Source: a virus
Length of the DNA stretch: 28,701 bases
Strand: one strand, 5' to 3'
IMG/VR virus record: IMGVR_UViG_2788500300_000002
Span: 98,321 to 127,021 of that record
Made by a program: the position numbers and the translations under genes. The notes under the pieces were generated by a model. That model was not told where the DNA came from, did no database searches, and saw only the letters and a program-made list of their open reading frames with translations. Below are positions 24,996-28,701 of this stretch, one piece after another (position 1 is the first letter of the stretch; each line of letters starts with the position of its first letter).

Positions 24996-25454
24996 TTTGA
25001 AAAATTTTCATGAAAAATATTTTTTTAGAAAATTAAGATGATACGAAAGAGGGGCAATTGGGATAAATTGAACTATATTATACATTATTTTCATTTTATA
25101 AACTTTATGCTATTATTGATGTGTGTTCGAGGAACGCAAAGCATGTGTTTTTCAAGCATAAATTGATATTGAAAGCGGTGAATGTTTTTGTATGGTTTTT
25201 ATAGGCGATTGTATTGGTAACTAGTCATTACCGTATTAGTAATAATACAGTACGTACTATGTGATTATAGATTACATTGTAATATTAGCTAGTATGAATA
25301 AAATCAGTGATATTCTAAAAAAATAGTTAATTTTATAATGCGGTTTTTTTGCTAAAGTATATTAAAGTTATTTAAGGTATTTATATATATAAAAAGCGAA
25401 TATGCTTTATATATATAAAAGTGTGGAATAATAGTCGATTGTTCCGCGCGGCGA

Positions 25455-26837
25455 ATGGAAAGGATGAATAAAAACATGAAAGTAATGTACAATCCTCAAT
25501 CTATCTTTCAAAAATTACCTCTTGAAGCACAAATCTTTCATTTTGATGGGAATGATGATTATTTAAAAGTGCAGATAGCTTTAGAAAAAGAAGAAAATAG
25601 AAAAGGGTGGTTAAATGCAATTGAAAGAACAAAACAAGATGTGGAAAACTTTATTTCTGTGCTTAATAAATCTAATAATATCATGAATAGTAACTTACTA
25701 CAATATATATATAATCAAGAATTTATGCGATTAGCACAATTTCCGTCTATCGATACTCTTTTATTGTGTTTTAATTGCTCACAAGAGAAATTTAATGCAA
25801 ATTATATAAAATTAGTCATAGAGAGAGAATATGAACTATCGCTTAATATTATAAGACAACAATATCCAGTATTATTTGAACAATATGAAAATATATTGTT
25901 TCCTAAAATATATGAAATCCTTCGACCTACTGAAATTAGTGGAATATCAATTGATAATACTCAATTAACGAGGGATATTTTTGGGGAAATTCAAGAGTAT
26001 GAAAATCTTACTTTTCAATCTACTTTAAAAATGAGAAAGTTGATATTAAATATAGATGGAAAAATATTTTTAAAAAAGAATATTCAAAGAACAAAAGATG
26101 AATTAATGCTTGACTTATGTGTTTATAATGCAATTAATAGCCTGTATTATAACAATAAAACACAATATGTGACAATAAAACAAATAAAGAATTTGCTATA
26201 CGGAGATGATTCGCGTGTTTCAAAAAAACAGGAACAAGTTATAAAATCTAGTATTGATTTTCTGAATAATATCTCTTTAGAAATATCGTTTAATAACGTC
26301 AATAAATATATAGATGTTATTTTTAATACAAGGAAAGAAAATCTTAAAAAATTTATAAAAGATTATCTGGGAGATAATTATATATATAAAGGTCTTTTGC
26401 TAGATGTGTCTTATACACAATATCGAACAAATAATGGGAAAACTAGTATGGCAATAAAGATTGAATCTCCTGTTGTGCCTTATGCATTTGCTCTGGCTCT
26501 AAAACAGATTATACATGTTCCATCTTGCATATTAAAGAAGGTCAATGAAGATTATGAAAGAATTGATGAATTAATTATGTTAAGTTCAATATATTTGTGC
26601 TCATTTACCAAGGCAAAGAAAATTGGTTACAGTGCTGTGAACAAAAAACGTATATTGCGTTTGGATACATTGTTTGAGAAGCTAAATTTGACAGATGTCA
26701 GTAATCAGAATATCAGGAATGTAAGGAGTAAATTATATAAACATATAGGGTATGTTTTTGACAAATTGAAAGAGTATAAAATTATCAAGTCGTTTACCTA
26801 TGAAAAACAACATAGAAAAATTTATTTTGAATCATAA
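25455..26837 (+). CDS. Hypothetical protein, possible replication initiator
   Basis: 460-aa ORF directly upstream of the primase-helicase. Helical basic C-terminus (LRLDTLFEKLNL...RSKLYKHIGYVFDKLKEYKIIKSFTY) recalls winged-helix Rep proteins. Function inferred. Confidence 0.55.
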   Translation: MERMNKNMKVMYNPQSIFQKLPLEAQIFHFDGNDDYLKVQIALEKEENRKGWLNAIERTKQDVENFISVLNKSNNIMNSNLLQYIYNQEFMRLAQFPSIDTLLLCFNCSQEKFNANYIKLVIEREYELSLNIIRQQYPVLFEQYENILFPKIYEILRPTEISGISIDNTQLTRDIFGEIQEYENLTFQSTLKMRKLILNIDGKIFLKKNIQRTKDELMLDLCVYNAINSLYYNNKTQYVTIKQIKNLLYGDDSRVSKKQEQVIKSSIDFLNNISLEISFNNVNKYIDVIFNTRKENLKKFIKDYLGDNYIYKGLLLDVSYTQYRTNNGKTSMAIKIESPVVPYAFALALKQIIHVPSCILKKVNEDYERIDELIMLSSIYLCSFTKAKKIGYSAVNKKRILRLDTLFEKLNLTDVSNQNIRNVRSKLYKHIGYVFDKLKEYKIIKSFTYEKQHRKIYFES

Positions 26838-26853
26838 TATGGAGGTTTCAATA

Positions 26854-28701
26854 ATGTATGATATGAATAAAATTCCAGAAGACTTAAAGAGTATAAATCA
26901 GTGGATAGCCTTTAATGGTAAAGTCCCTGTCGATGCTAAGACTGGCACAGCAATAGATGCAACAGATGAGCAGCACTGGCTTACTTTTGAGCAAGTTACA
27001 GAGGCTACAAAAGATACAGAATACAATATTGGTTTAGTTACAGGTGGTACGTGTAATTTGGCAGTCGTTGATATTGATAAATGTATTGATGAAAGTGGAA
27101 ATTTATCAGACATGGCACAGGACTGCATTGCAACAATTAATAGCTACACTGAATATTCAAAAAGTGGAAATGGAGTACATATATATTTTTGGGGGACCTT
27201 ACCAAATACATTTCGGAATAGATATAATGGCTTGGAGTTTTATTGGCGAGACAGGGCAATTATTGTCACTGGTAATGCCATTCCACAAACTCCGAGCACC
27301 GTTTTTGCCAGAGAAAAAGAAGCAATAATTATGCATTATAAATATATGCCTGGACATGCAGATGAATTAGGTAACGCCTTGAAAAAATTATTGCGTGATG
27401 AGGTATTTAACAGTCTCGCATCTATGCCGGTAAATCCTACTGAAGATAATCCCAATGACGAAACAAATAATAGTAGTGTAGACCTGCGCCTGTGTAACTG
27501 TATCGCACAATATACAAAAGACCAAGAGGTAATTAAGAAAATATTATTTGACTTTACAAGTCGTTGTCGGAGTAAATGGTATGACAATAAGACATATTTA
27601 GATAGAACTATCGATTTAGCCTTGAATAAATTTATGGATAAAAAAGATTCTCAAGAAAATTATAACAATATAGTAGACTGCTATGATTTGGATAGCGATA
27701 ACTATTATTTAGAGAATAAGTATTTAAAAGATATTACAGAAAATGAATTATCCTCTCATGGCAATACTGGATTTGATAACTTTGATGAGGTTACTGGTGG
27801 ATTATTTGCCGGAGCATATATTGTAGCTGGAACATCTAGTGTAGGTAAAACAACATTTTGTCTGCAAATGGCGAATCAATTAGCAGAACAAAAGAAACAT
27901 GTTTTATTTTTTAGTATAGAACAAACAAAAGAAGAAATGCTTTCAAAAAGTCTAACATATCTCTATTATAAAAATCTAACAGGTGGCGGAAATAGGTTAA
28001 TATGTGCTAGGGACTTTCGTTATGGCAAATATGAAGCAATACGAGACCAATATATAGAAGAATATAAAGATAAAATTGCTCCATATATGAGAGTGGTATC
28101 ATGTAATTTTAAAACAAAAATACATGATATTTCAGAGTATATCAAACTACATATAGATACAATAAAAACAAAGCCTATTGTATTTATAGATTATTTACAA
28201 GTCATACGTACCGCTGAACATCATCGAGAAGAACGCCTTGTAGTGAATCAAGTAATGGAAGAAATTAGGGAAATGGCGAAAATGTTTCGCATCCCTATAA
28301 TTGTTATAAGTAGTGTCAATCGAAGCAGTTATTACCGCCCACTTGACGCAACTTCGCCGAAAGAATCTGGGCAGGTAGAGTTTACTGCTGATTGTGTTTT
28401 AGGTTTAGAATTAAATGTCTTTTACGATGAAGAATATAAGAAATTGAAAAGTGACGATGACAAATTAGCAGAGATTTCTAAAGCTGAAAATCATACGCCT
28501 AGATATGTAAACCTACGCGCTATGAAAAATCGCTTCGGTGATAAAAATTTCACATGTAAATTTTGTTATTATCCGCAAGAAGAGCGATTTATGCCGTTAA
28601 TTGAAGGTATGAAGAAAAACTATGAAGATAGGAAATCTAAAAAGGTAAAACCTAATGTTGATAAGATGACGGAAAGAGAAATATTTGATTTAACTCTTTA
28701 A
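26854..28701 (+). CDS. Primase-polymerase (AEP, NrS-1-like) fused to a DnaB-like SF4 helicase
   Basis: IPEDLKSINQW, VVDIDKC, EYSKSGNGVHIY, LEFY, helix-bundle SSVDLRLC..KW..YLDRTI; then TGFDNFD, Walker A GTSSVGKTT, FSIEQ, IDYLQ, KNR. SD GGAGG 26841-26845 favours ATG 26854. Confidence 0.88.
   Translation: MYDMNKIPEDLKSINQWIAFNGKVPVDAKTGTAIDATDEQHWLTFEQVTEATKDTEYNIGLVTGGTCNLAVVDIDKCIDESGNLSDMAQDCIATINSYTEYSKSGNGVHIYFWGTLPNTFRNRYNGLEFYWRDRAIIVTGNAIPQTPSTVFAREKEAIIMHYKYMPGHADELGNALKKLLRDEVFNSLASMPVNPTEDNPNDETNNSSVDLRLCNCIAQYTKDQEVIKKILFDFTSRCRSKWYDNKTYLDRTIDLALNKFMDKKDSQENYNNIVDCYDLDSDNYYLENKYLKDITENELSSHGNTGFDNFDEVTGGLFAGAYIVAGTSSVGKTTFCLQMANQLAEQKKHVLFFSIEQTKEEMLSKSLTYLYYKNLTGGGNRLICARDFRYGKYEAIRDQYIEEYKDKIAPYMRVVSCNFKTKIHDISEYIKLHIDTIKTKPIVFIDYLQVIRTAEHHREERLVVNQVMEEIREMAKMFRIPIIVISSVNRSSYYRPLDATSPKESGQVEFTADCVLGLELNVFYDEEYKKLKSDDDKLAEISKAENHTPRYVNLRAMKNRFGDKNFTCKFCYYPQEERFMPLIEGMKKNYEDRKSKKVKPNVDKMTEREIFDLTL

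Larger units (their letters stand above)
10771..28701. mobile_element. AT-rich integrated element (satellite-like or integrated-plasmid-like island), continuing beyond the window
   Basis: Abrupt drop in GC, P4-type integrase at the left end, further recombinase genes, XRE regulator and primase-helicase. No virion genes in view. Confidence 0.8.

Noticed and set aside
1-28701. CRISPR array, rRNA or IS transposase
   Set aside because: No regularly spaced repeats, rRNA-like sequence or DDE/HUH transposase ORF was seen.

Overview
The window joins two mobile elements. (1) 1-~10770 is the GC-rich right end of a prophage. It holds a CBM5/12-like tail protein and two paralogous tail-collar (tail-tip) genes, each preceded by an unannotated poly-G leader ORF. 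Next come a GH108 endolysin with holin/spanin-like genes, a small-membrane-peptide/XRE module, and a HARP-like/SNF2/IbrA (PAPS-reductase, DUF3440)/IbrB (ParB-N)/GNAT/HTH operon. It ends at a tRNA-Leu-like 3' end (TCCCGCACCA), a probable att site. (2) ~10771-28701 is an AT-rich integrated element. It carries a P4-type integrase, a catalytically degenerate integrase-like protein, a NUDIX hydrolase, an esterase, three paralogous unknown genes around divergent consensus promoters, a secreted Sel1-like protein, a GHKL-ATPase/PD-(D/E)xK fusion, an XRE regulator, a short tyrosine recombinase and a primase-polymerase/DnaB-type replicon. The most striking signal is a putative phase-variable switch. For each tail-collar gene, only one length class of the leader G-tract carries ribosomes to a stop codon touching the collar start codon, whose Shine-Dalgarno can be sequestered in a stem. 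Here copy 1 (G7) is in the coupled frame and copy 2 (G10) is not. All calls come from motif recognition by eye; no database searches were run.
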